Positions 19,458 to 29,350 of a stretch of 64,000 bases of DNA are shown piece after piece. The position numbers and the translations under genes are program-made. Numbering within the stretch: the first letter of the stretch is position 1; the number at the start of each line of letters is the position of its first letter. The DNA comes from Parcubacteria bacterium C7867-008. GTDB taxonomy: Bacteria; Patescibacteriota; Minisyncoccia; Phycocordibacterales; Phycocordibacteraceae. The stretch covers positions 162,244 to 226,243 of the forward strand of contig LFCR01000004.1 in the NCBI GenBank assembly GCA_001189215.1. Direction: 5' to 3'. The notes beneath the pieces are model-generated. The model was given only the letters and a program-made list of their open reading frames with translations. It searched no databases and was not told where the DNA came from.

Positions 19458-20533
19458 TGAAATATGCACCTTCACTTCTCATAGCACTGATGCTTGTCGT
19501 ACCGTTTAGTACGCATGCGGCATCCAAAAAACCATCTTGTGATTTAAGTGTCATGACCACACGTGGTGAAACTTCTTTTAGTAAGAGTGGTACTATCTTC
19601 GCTCTAGAAGGAGAAGATGTAACTCTTAGTTGGGAAAGTTCTAATGCCACAAAAGCAAAGAACATAGATGGTGATTCACTCTCACTATCTGGATCGAAAC
19701 ATGTCTTTCCTAAAGAAAATACCACCTATTCCTATACCTTCACGTCAGGAAGTAAAAAGGTAGTGTGTAAGGTTGATGTAGTTATCGCAAACGTAGCAAT
19801 TGATACGAGCTCGCTTTCAAATGCAAGTACAAAGCCAACTATTACTGGTACTGCATCAGGTACTAAGGTGGTGCGTGTAGTTATTAGTGACAAGAATGGT
19901 GACGATACGATCTTCACCAGCAAGGATGTAAAGGTGAAGGGAGGGAAGTGGTCTCTAAAACTTACAAAGAGTCTTGATACGGGCACCTATTCCATAGCTG
20001 TGTATGGCGAAAAACGATACAAGCTGAATATGCTTGCAAAAGGAACGCTTGGTGTAGGGGTGAAAGGTTCATCTGGAACAGTGAGCGGTACAAGTACTAT
20101 TTCTGCTTCGATGCTTCCACTTCTCACAGGAGGCTCAACGGGACCTACAAGCTCCGTGCCCGTAGCCTATCTGAAATTGGTTAATACTGGCAGTGCACCC
20201 GCAACACTTTCTGGTGTGTCATTGAGACAGAATGGTAGTGCTCCAACAGCAAGTGTTGTTGGGTTTACCACCGTGGATGATAAAGCACTTAATCGCACAA
20301 CGGTTGGTGGCACTGAAGGCAGCGCGGTGTTTAAGAATGGTCTTGCGTACGTACCACTCACCGGAACCATTGCACCAGGCCAGATCCGTATTTACACCGT
20401 AAAAGCATTACTTTCACGTACTTTGGTTGCAGGATCTACCCTTATGCTTGATGTGCAGTCTGTGGATACTTCAAGCACGGTGAATGGAGCACTCCCAATT
20501 CGGGGTGTTACCTGGTATCTCCGTGCATATTAG
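19458..20533 (+). CDS. secreted protein, probably with Ig-like/beta-sandwich repeats
   Basis: Start taken at MKYAPSLLIALMLVVPFSTHA (signal peptide) downstream of the terminator. The ORF-track start at 19352 overlaps the terminator. Confidence 0.55.
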
Positions 20534-20600
20534 GCGTTGTACGGAGTGCGATTAGGATTTATCCTATAGGTACACATTACTCATCGCTAGCTCTTTACTC

Positions 20601-21845
20601 ATGACTCGTACTAGTATTTCTTCTGCAGCAGGCATCATGTTCTTTACGATTGCTGCTGTGGTATCGGCACCAACCGGTGCACAGGCAGCAACCAGCTGCA
20701 CATTCTCACGTGATCTCTCCGTTGGCACAGAAGGAGAAGATGTGCGCTGTCTTCAGAAGTATCTGAACGAGACAGGATTCACTATCGCTGCAAGTGGCGT
20801 AGGTTCTGCAGGTCATGAGACAACACAACTGAAAGATCTAACGGTGAAGGCACTCATGAAGTGGCAGGAAGCAAATAGTATTTCTCCGGCAACGGGTGCT
20901 TTTGGTCCAAAGTCACGTGCAGCATATGCAGCCCTCAAGGGTGGGGCACCTAATCCTCCCACCTCAACACCCGCTCCTTCTACCGGAGCTGATGCAGATG
21001 CCAAAGCCAAGCTTGAAACACTCCTTCTACAGCTAAAGGCGCTTCAAGCTGCACAGGGCAATACCGGAAACACGTCTACCACACCAAAACCAACCACGAG
21101 CTCAAACAGCACTAGTGTACAGCGTACGATTCTCGAGACACTTGAGATGATCGATGATGCAGAGGATCAGATAAGTGATACCGGAAGTGATACCGTCAAC
21201 GCTAAAGAAGAACTTGCTGATGCAAAGCAAGATCTCTTTGACGCTATTAAGGCGTATTTCCGTGGTGATACGGCACGTGCAGCAAAGGATGCAGAGAACG
21301 CACTAGATAATGCACGTGATGCCTTTAAGGATGCAGGGGGTAAGACTAAAGACGATAAGGTAGAGGGTCAGCTCGATGCGGCTCAAGATCTTATTGATAA
21401 CGTGGATGACGATATCGAAGACGCTGCAGATGACGGTAAAACTGTTACTGAGGCCCGTAAAATACTTAAAAAAGCACAGGCTACCCTTGATAAAGGATTC
21501 GAAGCCTTTGACGATGAGGACTTTGACAATGCGAAAGAGCTAGCTGCGGACGCAAAGGACTTTGCAAATGATGCAAAGGATGAAATCGGCAGTGGTTCAG
21601 GAGATAAGACAGATGCAAAGGATGAAATCCGCAATGCAAAGGATGCAATCAGCAACCTTGAAGATGATATTGATGAGGCAGAAAATGACGATGATGATAT
21701 CGGGGATGCCAAGTCATTCCTAAGCAAGGCAAAGAAAGCACTCACCAAGGCTGAGGATAGCTATGACGACGAAGAATATGACGACGCCATCGAATCTGCA
21801 CAGGATGCACAGGACTATGTCGATGATGCAGAAGACGAACTTTAG
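20601..21845 (+). CDS. secreted peptidoglycan-binding-domain protein with long acidic D/A/K-rich repetitive C-terminus
   Basis: Signal peptide. PG_binding_1-like motif (DVRCLQKYLNETGF...GAFGPKSRAAY). Tandem DAKDEI-type repeats. Confidence 0.6.
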   Translation: MTRTSISSAAGIMFFTIAAVVSAPTGAQAATSCTFSRDLSVGTEGEDVRCLQKYLNETGFTIAASGVGSAGHETTQLKDLTVKALMKWQEANSISPATGAFGPKSRAAYAALKGGAPNPPTSTPAPSTGADADAKAKLETLLLQLKALQAAQGNTGNTSTTPKPTTSSNSTSVQRTILETLEMIDDAEDQISDTGSDTVNAKEELADAKQDLFDAIKAYFRGDTARAAKDAENALDNARDAFKDAGGKTKDDKVEGQLDAAQDLIDNVDDDIEDAADDGKTVTEARKILKKAQATLDKGFEAFDDEDFDNAKELAADAKDFANDAKDEIGSGSGDKTDAKDEIRNAKDAISNLEDDIDEAENDDDDIGDAKSFLSKAKKALTKAEDSYDDEEYDDAIESAQDAQDYVDDAEDEL

Positions 21846-21859
21846 AGTATGCTGGACTA

Positions 21860-22069
21860 ATGCCAGAAGTGGTCCACAACGTGGTGAGTGAATACCGTGC
21901 TAAAACAAACGTAACCCAGGAAGAACTGGCAGTGGCTGTTGGCGTAAGTCGTCAGACAATCATTGCTATTGAGAGGGGTAACTACACACCATCGGTATTA
22001 CTTGCACTTAAGATCGCTGCATACTTTAAGAAACCGGTTGAAACCATATTCACTCTCCACCATGCCTAA
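21860..22069 (+). CDS. XRE-family helix-turn-helix transcriptional regulator
   Basis: TQEELAVAVGVSRQTIIAIERG is a Cro/C1 HTH. Confidence 0.75.
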   Translation: MPEVVHNVVSEYRAKTNVTQEELAVAVGVSRQTIIAIERGNYTPSVLLALKIAAYFKKPVETIFTLHHA

Positions 22070-22427
22070 TGCCATGACACTGCAACTAATTTCTAGCCTT
22101 GTTCTCGTTGCGCTCGGAATTATATTCCTCAATCCGCTTCATCTCTGGATGACGACTATGGCACATATGGTGATCCTCGGATTCATTGTTGCTGCCTTTG
22201 GTGTATTTGCTGCACTCTTACTGCGTGAGCAATCTGGCGACGAACGAGAAACCATACACCGTATGCTCGCAGGGCGTGCAGCCTTTCTAACGGGTGCCAC
22301 CATTCTGCTTGTTGGTATTGTCTGGCAGGCATTCACAGGCACAGTAGACGCATGGCTCATTCTTACGCTTTGCGGCATGGTTCTGGCGAAAACAGCCATT
22401 CGGTTCTACGGAGAACACCGAATGTAG
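22062..22427 (+). CDS. small membrane protein translationally coupled to the HTH gene
   Basis: ATGCCTAA start/stop overlap. Three or four TM helices. Confidence 0.55.
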   Translation: MPNAMTLQLISSLVLVALGIIFLNPLHLWMTTMAHMVILGFIVAAFGVFAALLLREQSGDERETIHRMLAGRAAFLTGATILLVGIVWQAFTGTVDAWLILTLCGMVLAKTAIRFYGEHRM

Positions 22428-22438
22428 CTGTGGATAAG

Positions 22439-22460
22439 CATGTAAAGTGCACTTTACATG
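22439..22460. promoter_or_regulatory. 22-bp perfect palindrome (putative operator) over a promoter-like AT box
   Basis: CATGTAAAGTGCACTTTACATG. Followed by tatcatatatt 45 nt before the Met-rich ORF. Confidence 0.5.
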
Positions 22461-22506
22461 TCGTGGTAAAGGGATATCATATATTCATTAGCTACTAAGC
22501 AATTTT

Positions 22507-22788
22507 ATGATGAACAAGCACGCAGTGTGGATCGCAGTGATTATTGTCGTTCTTCTAGCAGGTGGAGCAGCATACGCTATGAATGAGAACTCCAAGATGG
22601 AAAAGATGGAGGCAGACAAAATGATGATGGAAAACAAGGACGCAATGATGAAGGGCGACGATAAGATGATGCAGCCTGGTGACTCTATGATGAAGGCCGA
22701 AGACACCATGATGAAAGGAGAAGACAAAATGATGAAGGATGACGGCGCCATGATGAAGGCAGAGGGCGGTGCAATGATGGCTCAGTAA
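22507..22788 (+). CDS. Met-rich small exported protein (putative Cu(I)/Ag(I)-binding)
   Basis: N-terminal anchor then repeated D/E-K-MM-K units. 26 Met in 93 aa. Confidence 0.6.
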   Translation: MMNKHAVWIAVIIVVLLAGGAAYAMNENSKMEKMEADKMMMENKDAMMKGDDKMMQPGDSMMKAEDTMMKGEDKMMKDDGAMMKAEGGAMMAQ

Positions 22789-22792
22789 TACC

Positions 22793-24532
22793 ATGACGCT
22801 TCTCTTCATATCGTTTATAGCGGGGTTGCTTACGGTGCTCGCACCTTGCATTCTTCCGCTCTTGCCGGTAGTGGTGGGAAGCTCAGCAGCAGGGCGTAGC
22901 CGCCTCACCCCCTTCGTGGTGGTGGGGTCGCTCGCTGTATCCGTGATCTTATTCACGTATCTGCTTAAGGTATCAACTGCATTCATCACCATTCCTCCCT
23001 ACGTATGGACGGTGATATCAGGTGGTGTGCTGGTATTCTTCGGTCTTACCCTTGTGTTTCCTGCACTATGGGAAAAGATTCCTGGTGTTGCGAAACTGTC
23101 TATCGAAGGTAACAAGTTAGCAGGGAAGGGGTACCAGAAAAAGAGCTTTGCGGGAGACATTCTCATCGGTGCAGCTCTTGGCCCCGTATTCTCTAGCTGC
23201 TCGCCAACATACTTCGTAATTCTTGCATCAGTGCTTCCTGCAAGCTTCGCGCTCGGTTCTCTCTACTTACTCGCGTATGTTGTTGGTCTATCGATCTCGC
23301 TCCTTGCCATTGCAATGCTTGGACAACGGTTCGCCGATAAACTCACCGGTGTAGCGGATCCTAAGTCTTGGATAAAGCGAAGTATTGGTATCCTGTTCAT
23401 CGTATTAGGGGTCTTGATTATTTCAGGTCTCGAGAAAAAGATTGAGGCAGGTATTCTAACCGGTGGATTCTTCGATGTAACAAAGGTTGAGCAATACCTA
23501 CTTCAGTCTTCAGACGGTATGGGTATGGCCAACAATGGCTTGTCTATTGGCATGCTTACTGAAACAGAGAAGGCTATGAGATACCAGAAAGAACCTGAGC
23601 TGGTTACTCCTGACGCATACTTAAACACTAATGGTGAGGCAATTAATCTTGCACAGTACAAAGGCAAGAATGTTGTTCTTCTAGACTTCTGGACATACAG
23701 CTGTATTAATTGCCAGCGCACACTTCCGTACATCACTAAATGGTATGGGAAGTATAAGGATCAAGGGTTGGTGATCATTGGGGTGCATACTCCTGAGTTT
23801 GCCTTTGAGCATAAGCAGGAAAATGTGCAGAAAGCTCTAAAAGAATTTGGTATTGAGTATCCCGTGGTACTCGATAACGAATATAAGACCTGGAATGCCT
23901 TTGGAAATCGATTCTGGCCACATAAGTATCTGATCGATATTGATGGCTATATTGTCTATGACCACGCAGGGGAAGGGGAGTACGACGTGACAGAGAAGGC
24001 TATACAAGCTGCTCTTGCAGAACGAGCTACTCGTCTTGGTGAATCAACCGATGGTATTAGGTCAGATACTGTATCAATTGATACTCAAGATTCTGAAGCA
24101 CGTAGTCCAGAAACATACTTTGGTAGTGCACGTAATCAGTACCTCGGTAACGGGGCGCCGAAGAAGCAGGGGATACAGACACTCACCTTTCCCAAGAGTC
24201 TTGTACTGAATACACTCTACCTGCAGGGAACATGGAACTTCTCTTCTGAGTACGCAACAGCAGCAAATGAGGCTCGCATCCGATATACGTACAATGCGAA
24301 AGATATATACTTTGTCGCCAGCGCAGCACAACCGGTGACGATAACCGTCTTGCGTGACGGTGAACCAGTTGGACGTTTTGCTGGTAGCGATGTGGATCCG
24401 AAAACTTCCACAGTCACGGTTAGTCGAGATGGCTTATACAAACTCATCCATGACGACTCAGCGGGAGTACACACTATTGAGCTCATTATTAAAGGGGACG
24501 GCTTAAACGCATTCACCTTCACGTTTGGATAA
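22793..24532 (+). CDS. CcdA/DsbD-type transmembrane electron transporter fused to a TlpA/ResA-like thioredoxin domain and a C-terminal domain
   Basis: APCILPLLP (CcdA Cys motif). Thioredoxin LDFWTYSCINCQRTLP (CxxC). Confidence 0.75.
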   Translation: MTLLFISFIAGLLTVLAPCILPLLPVVVGSSAAGRSRLTPFVVVGSLAVSVILFTYLLKVSTAFITIPPYVWTVISGGVLVFFGLTLVFPALWEKIPGVAKLSIEGNKLAGKGYQKKSFAGDILIGAALGPVFSSCSPTYFVILASVLPASFALGSLYLLAYVVGLSISLLAIAMLGQRFADKLTGVADPKSWIKRSIGILFIVLGVLIISGLEKKIEAGILTGGFFDVTKVEQYLLQSSDGMGMANNGLSIGMLTETEKAMRYQKEPELVTPDAYLNTNGEAINLAQYKGKNVVLLDFWTYSCINCQRTLPYITKWYGKYKDQGLVIIGVHTPEFAFEHKQENVQKALKEFGIEYPVVLDNEYKTWNAFGNRFWPHKYLIDIDGYIVYDHAGEGEYDVTEKAIQAALAERATRLGESTDGIRSDTVSIDTQDSEARSPETYFGSARNQYLGNGAPKKQGIQTLTFPKSLVLNTLYLQGTWNFSSEYATAANEARIRYTYNAKDIYFVASAAQPVTITVLRDGEPVGRFAGSDVDPKTSTVTVSRDGLYKLIHDDSAGVHTIELIIKGDGLNAFTFTFG

Positions 24533-24602
24533 CACTGTTTGGTCCTGACTTTGTACACACCGCGCCTCAGGGCGTGGTGTGTACATGCTATAGAATGAGA
24601 CT

Positions 24603-24842
24603 ATGAAGAACACTAAACGGAAAGAAAACCGTACTGCAACGATGTTGAAGAGGTTGGTTTCCCCAAAGACTCCCCTTGGTGGCGCACTTGTGGGCGGGGC
24701 CTGCGTATTTCTATTATTTATATCGTATTCACTTATCAGTGGTCAGACACCCGAACAATCTCGTACCCGATTTGTTGAAAAGTATCAATCGGTTAATCAG
24801 ACCGCATACCGTGTTCCGGTGAAAGCAAAGAACACTCGCTAA
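24603..24842 (+). CDS. small membrane protein (79 aa)
   Basis: Single TM. Directly upstream of the pilin gene. Confidence 0.35.
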   Translation: MKNTKRKENRTATMLKRLVSPKTPLGGALVGGACVFLLFISYSLISGQTPEQSRTRFVEKYQSVNQTAYRVPVKAKNTR

Positions 24843-24846
24843 TTCT

Positions 24847-25584
24847 ATGAAAACAAAATTACAGACAAAGCGTGGCTTCACTCTCATTGAGTTGCTTGTG
24901 GTGATTGCAATCGTTTCCTTGGTATCCAGTCTTACCTACGCAAATATCGCTAGCGCTCGAACAAAGGGTCTTGACTCGCGCAAGAAGGCTGACCTTTCAT
25001 CGGTTCGTACTGCTATTCAATCCTATACGCTTGATAAAGGTCGTCCTCCGCATAACTATGACTGTTCTGGTGGCTGTGTTGTGAATGATTCACGCACAAC
25101 ACTCGCTATTGAAGATGCGCCTGGTACAGCACCAACAGAAAGTGGTAAGGCATATAACGCATCCATGCAGGAGCTTGTTGCTGGTAAGTATCTCCCTGCA
25201 GTTCCTCGTTCTCCTGGTGGAGCTGGCTACGCATACTACAACTATGGTGCAGGCACTGCTGCAGGTGCAATTATTGGAACCTCACTTGATGCAGAAAAAT
25301 CTAGTGCCACTGGATCAACTGGAACCTGCCGTCCATTCCCAGGTGGAAGCGGTGGTGATTCTGGCGGTGGAGAAATTGGTGGCGGAGGAGGCGGTCTACT
25401 TGATGTATTTGATCTTGGTGGGGGTGCTGGCCCTGGAGGTGTTGGTGTGTGGTTAAACTGCACCTATGTTGATGCTGGTGGCCTGACCTACGAGGCGCCG
25501 TGTCCTCCAGGATTTGATGGAGATACGCCAACCCTTTGTTCCGCAAGCGACTCAAAAGACTTCTGCTTCTGCAGTCCGTACTAA
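24847..25584 (+). CDS. type IV pilin / pseudopilin with prepilin N-terminal methylation motif
   Basis: KRGFTLIELLVVIAIVS. Gly/Cys-rich C-terminus. Confidence 0.8.
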   Translation: MKTKLQTKRGFTLIELLVVIAIVSLVSSLTYANIASARTKGLDSRKKADLSSVRTAIQSYTLDKGRPPHNYDCSGGCVVNDSRTTLAIEDAPGTAPTESGKAYNASMQELVAGKYLPAVPRSPGGAGYAYYNYGAGTAAGAIIGTSLDAEKSSATGSTGTCRPFPGGSGGDSGGGEIGGGGGGLLDVFDLGGGAGPGGVGVWLNCTYVDAGGLTYEAPCPPGFDGDTPTLCSASDSKDFCFCSPY

Positions 25585-25600
25585 AGAAGATTCTGTAAGA

Positions 25601-25640
25601 AGAAAGACCTGACGTACGTCAGGTCTTTCTGTTTTTGTTC
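25601..25640 (+). terminator. intrinsic terminator after the pilin gene
   Basis: 30-bp perfect palindrome agaaagacctgacgt/acgtcaggtctttct then gtttttgtt. Confidence 0.7.
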
Positions 25641-25865
25641 CCATGATCTGCTATGGCATACTCTAATACTTTTGGATAGGAATTTTCATGTCCACCAGCC
25701 GGAGACGGCGTCCATATTGACTCATTAGGAATTTACTGACAGGCTCTTTTTAGATACCCAGTAGTGAGCAGCTGTATGTGCCTGATGTTGTTCAGACGTA
25801 TACAGCTGCTTAAGGCAGCTACTGTAAGGATGTTCCTTACGGTGCACTCCTCAAGGGAGAGCGAG

Positions 25866-26336
25866 ATGAAACGACCGATTACCCTTACCCGTGGACAGCT
25901 GACGGGAATGATCTCAGCCCAGAACGCGGTCTCGTACATGCTCCTAGACACCCAAGATGGGAAAGTCGTGGGAGCCACCCGGAGACAGGTCTGCTGGGTA
26001 GAGCTAAAGATCAGACGCTTTGACGACGTCGCCATGGACCAGAGCGTCCATCACAAACATGTGATGCGCGGCACGATGGCGTATCAGGAACCCGACGGCA
26101 CGTCCATCGAGTTTCGGGTCCTTTCCATCTACACCACCCAGAATCCAACCGGAAAAGGACGGCGTCACAACTGTCCAACGAGTCTGCGGGTTCGAATCAC
26201 CTCACCCTTCGGCAAGCCGGTGGAACGAGGTTTCGAAGCGGGAATGGTCGAAATTTTCAGGACCGGACGCAACTACGAACAGCATCTCGCTGAAGTCCGG
26301 GACATGAGACCCACACCCGAACCAGATAGCTATTAG
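25866..26336 (+). CDS. 156-aa GC-rich protein of unknown function
   Basis: SD AAGGGAGAG before the ATG (MKRPITLTRGQL). GC-rich codons. Terminator 110 nt downstream. Confidence 0.5.
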   Translation: MKRPITLTRGQLTGMISAQNAVSYMLLDTQDGKVVGATRRQVCWVELKIRRFDDVAMDQSVHHKHVMRGTMAYQEPDGTSIEFRVLSIYTTQNPTGKGRRHNCPTSLRVRITSPFGKPVERGFEAGMVEIFRTGRNYEQHLAEVRDMRPTPEPDSY

Positions 26337-26445
26337 ACTACTAAACCGCAGAAAAGGTCCGATCCCTTCCTGCGATTGAGCAAGAAGAATTGCATCTAAC
26401 TGTTCAACCCCAAGGACAAAAGTCCGGGCACTTAATCCCAAACTG

Positions 26446-26480
26446 GCACCGCCCACAAGGCGGTGTCTTTATTATTTACT
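26446..26480 (+). terminator. intrinsic terminator
   Basis: caccgcc-cacaa-ggcggtg then tctttattattt. Confidence 0.55.
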
Positions 26481-27022
26481 CTTTAAAATTGCAGTACTCA
26501 CTGTGGCCCAAAACAGGGAAGTAACCTCCCCTGTCCGAGATAAAATATGGCCCACTATATAAGTAGAATTAAGAGGGGAGCTGATCTCGGATAGACGTTC
26601 CGTGCATGAATACAAATAGACTTGATAGGATTGATACATTAAGCGAAGGAAGAATAAGTCGTGGGGAACACATACCCAAAGACAACAATCTGGAGCGATC
26701 AATTCAGCCCCAATACATGGTTTGCTATATGTATAAGTCGTAAAAGATATATTGTACGACGTACTAGTATCAAAGGCCCCTACTGATTCAACAAAGAAAT
26801 TCACTCCGAACAACTTGTCTACTTTGGATCCTTCTCTTCCCTCTTAATGGATGCGACTATCCAGACTCGCTCGCTCCTATACCTGCAGAAATTATTTCTC
26901 CAGTACTAATTTTAGGAAATGGACCACTTCCCCGAAAATCACTTTTTATCGATGGGGAACACCTTATGGGTACTTTATCTATAAATGAAGAAAGGGGCTC
27001 CGGCCCCTTTTCTTCCCTGCTC

Positions 27023-27460
27023 TTATTCGTGAAATAGTTTTCCTTGAACGAATCCTTCGATTAACTTCTTGTGTCCAATGAAAAGTGGTTCGGGTAGTGC
27101 ATCTAAGGTAAACCATTCCCAGCTGTAGCACTTGTCTGGTTCAGTATTCACGACTTCTCCTTTTACATCTTCAGCACGGAATCCAAAGTGCACATAATGA
27201 TTCCCGTCATCACGAGGATCATTCTCTGCGATAACAAAGGTCATGGATCCTGCATCAAGATTTGTTTCTTCTTTAAGTTCACGCGTTGCGGCTTCCATCA
27301 TCATCTCTCCATGTTCAAGATGTCCTCCTGGAAGTCCCCATTCACTATCGTGGTAGCTAGACTTACGCTTTCCTAACAAAAGCTTTCCGTCTCGAATAAC
27401 AAAGACATTAATACCGGCCGGAAATTGTGGTCGGGTGCTGTTGATGTTTTGATTTTCCAT
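27023..27460 (-). CDS. NUDIX hydrolase
   Basis: Nudix box GGHLEHGEMMMEAATRELKEETNL. Confidence 0.75.
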   Translation of the reverse strand: MENQNINSTRPQFPAGINVFVIRDGKLLLGKRKSSYHDSEWGLPGGHLEHGEMMMEAATRELKEETNLDAGSMTFVIAENDPRDDGNHYVHFGFRAEDVKGEVVNTEPDKCYSWEWFTLDALPEPLFIGHKKLIEGFVQGKLFHE

Positions 27461-27462
27461 AG

Positions 27463-28254
27463 TTAGCAGCTCGTAACGTTCTTCTGAATGTACGCCATCG
27501 CATCATCCACACTATCCGTGAGATAGTAGAGATCTAGATCAGCTGCATCGATAGCACCGTGCTCTGCAAGAAGCTTTGTCTTGAAGAACTCAATAAGTGG
27601 CTGCCAATACTCAACCCCAAAGAGAACTATTGGAATAGGTCGAATCTTCTTAGTCTGCACGAGAGTTATGATCTCGGTGAACTCATCAAGGGTTCCATAT
27701 CCTCCTGGGAAGAAGATGTATACGTCTGAAGAGTATGCGAGCATCACCTTACGCACGAAAAAGTGATCAAAGGAGACACTGTCGGTGAGGTACTGATTCA
27801 GTCCCTGCTTCATACCAAGATTGATGTTGAGACCAACAGAAGCGCCTCCTCCATCGTGGGCACCTTTATTAGCAGCCTCCATGATGCCTGCACTTCCACC
27901 AGTGATAACGGCATATCCCGCCTTGGCGAGACGACTCGCTAGGTCTGTTGCTGCTTCATAGAACACCGGTTCAAAGGTCTGACGAGCGGTACCGAAGAAG
28001 CTTGCTGCAAGACCATACTTTCCAATGAGTTCGAAACCACTTACGAACTCCGCCATGATCTTAAAGACTCTCCAGCTCTCAAGCTGTGCCGGCTTACACA
28101 CCAACGGCTGATGTACCTCAGGTACTTCCCTCTTCCCTGTTTGAATTGCTTGTATAAGTTTCTGCCCCATCACTTCGTGATGTTCTTCAAGCAACGGTAA
28201 AACAGGCGGAACGACGCTCGGCTGCGTTTGTTCAGGAACTAGGTGGTCGTCCAT
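27463..28254 (-). CDS. LOG-family (TIGR00730) nucleotide hydrolase with N-terminal extension
   Basis: GGSAGIMEAANKGA and PGGYGTLDEFTE motifs. Confidence 0.75.
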   Translation of the reverse strand: MDDHLVPEQTQPSVVPPVLPLLEEHHEVMGQKLIQAIQTGKREVPEVHQPLVCKPAQLESWRVFKIMAEFVSGFELIGKYGLAASFFGTARQTFEPVFYEAATDLASRLAKAGYAVITGGSAGIMEAANKGAHDGGGASVGLNINLGMKQGLNQYLTDSVSFDHFFVRKVMLAYSSDVYIFFPGGYGTLDEFTEIITLVQTKKIRPIPIVLFGVEYWQPLIEFFKTKLLAEHGAIDAADLDLYYLTDSVDDAMAYIQKNVTSC

Positions 28255-28835
28255 GGTATCGAATACGTTTCAAACTCCGGTAATAGAGTTTTAGTATACG
28301 CCATACGTGAGAACACTTCGGCATGGGATAACGCACCAGTGAGTGCATTGTGTGGTTTTGGTTCTTCAGGGATACCACAGTACTTAAGTACCGCATCTAA
28401 ATTAAGTGCTGAGTGATTATGCGCCATTGGAGGTACGCTTCCTGTTAACGTCATATGCATCCAGGCGAGGGTGTGTACGTCGAGTGTACGCTGCGCAAAA
28501 GCAGACTCTACCCCAGCTCGACTAGCAGCCGCACGAATGAAGGAGGCATCGAAAGCAACATTCTGTGCTAGAAGTGTTCGATTCTCTGGCCTATCCATCG
28601 CCCATGAGATAAAAGCAGTAATGAGTTCTGCTTCAGATTTCTTGGAAGGGTCAGTTGCTTCTTCTTTAGTAAATCCATTCACTGCAAGTGCTTCGTCTGT
28701 TATGTGAGCACCATCCCATATACGACACTCGTCGTAGAACTGATTAGACGGGTTATCGGTATCAACGGCTCCGATAGATAGAATGGATGCCTTGGCAGGG
28801 TCAATGCCGCTTCCTTCAATATCAACGGCGATCAT
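28239..28835 (-). CDS. DEDD-type 3'-5' exonuclease (DnaQ-like)
   Basis: MIAVDIEGSGIDP Exo I motif. Later H/D motifs. Confidence 0.65.
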   Translation of the reverse strand: MIAVDIEGSGIDPAKASILSIGAVDTDNPSNQFYDECRIWDGAHITDEALAVNGFTKEEATDPSKKSEAELITAFISWAMDRPENRTLLAQNVAFDASFIRAAASRAGVESAFAQRTLDVHTLAWMHMTLTGSVPPMAHNHSALNLDAVLKYCGIPEEPKPHNALTGALSHAEVFSRMAYTKTLLPEFETYSIPWTTT

Positions 28836-28856
28836 GCCATCAGTATACCAATCCCT

Positions 28857-29348
28857 CTAGAGTCCTTTGCAATTCTTAGCTGCTCGATATCCGGCTGCTT
28901 CAGCTTCCGCACGTGACGTGAACGATACAAGTTTTTCAGGAGTGATCCGTTTTGCTGCTGTACAGGTTGGCAGGTAGTAGACCTCCCCTGTTTTGGAAGC
29001 CACCACAATCCCATCTACGGGAGTAGTCGGTACCTTAGGAGTTATGGCAGTCGCCGCTGCTGCAGCTTGGTTTGAGACCTGGATCGCGGCTGCAGGGGTT
29101 GGCACTATTCCCTGCTGTTCTGAGGTTAGATTTTCGATCCAAAGTTGATCCTGCGGAGTCTTATTTTCTCTTTCAATGAGGACTCCCAGACCAATACCGC
29201 ATAGAACCCCTAGAATAAGGGCCACACCCCAAAAGGCATCCCTAGGTATCATATGGACTGTCTCCCCTACCCTCTCAGCCAGGGAGACCTTTGAACCCTT
29301 GTCTGGTACCGTTGGTTCTGCTATAGTCATGAGACTAAAGAATAGCAT
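28857..29348 (-). CDS. membrane-anchored protein with Cys-containing C-terminal domain
   Basis: N-terminal TM. C-terminal YYLPTC...AAGYRAAKNC. Confidence 0.45.
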   Translation of the reverse strand: MLFFSLMTIAEPTVPDKGSKVSLAERVGETVHMIPRDAFWGVALILGVLCGIGLGVLIERENKTPQDQLWIENLTSEQQGIVPTPAAAIQVSNQAAAAATAITPKVPTTPVDGIVVASKTGEVYYLPTCTAAKRITPEKLVSFTSRAEAEAAGYRAAKNCKGL

Positions 29349-29350
29349 CT

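Noticed and set aside
22439-22460. Possible CopY-type cop box in the palindrome.
   Set aside because: The CopY box is TACAnnTGTA. Here the half-sites are in the opposite orientation (TGTA...TACA) with a 10-nt spacer. It is kept only as a generic operator.
26410-26430. 11-mer aaagtccgggc identical to the RNase P RNA P4 core.
   Set aside because: No surrounding P1-P3/P4' complementarity and none of the GC-rich helices of RNase P RNA. It lies in the 3' UTR of a cassette, so it is most likely chance.
26472-26813. 113-aa - strand ORF in the AT-rich gap.
   Set aside because: Low-complexity translation, no SD, and AT-rich sequence where random ORFs are short but possible. Treated as non-coding.
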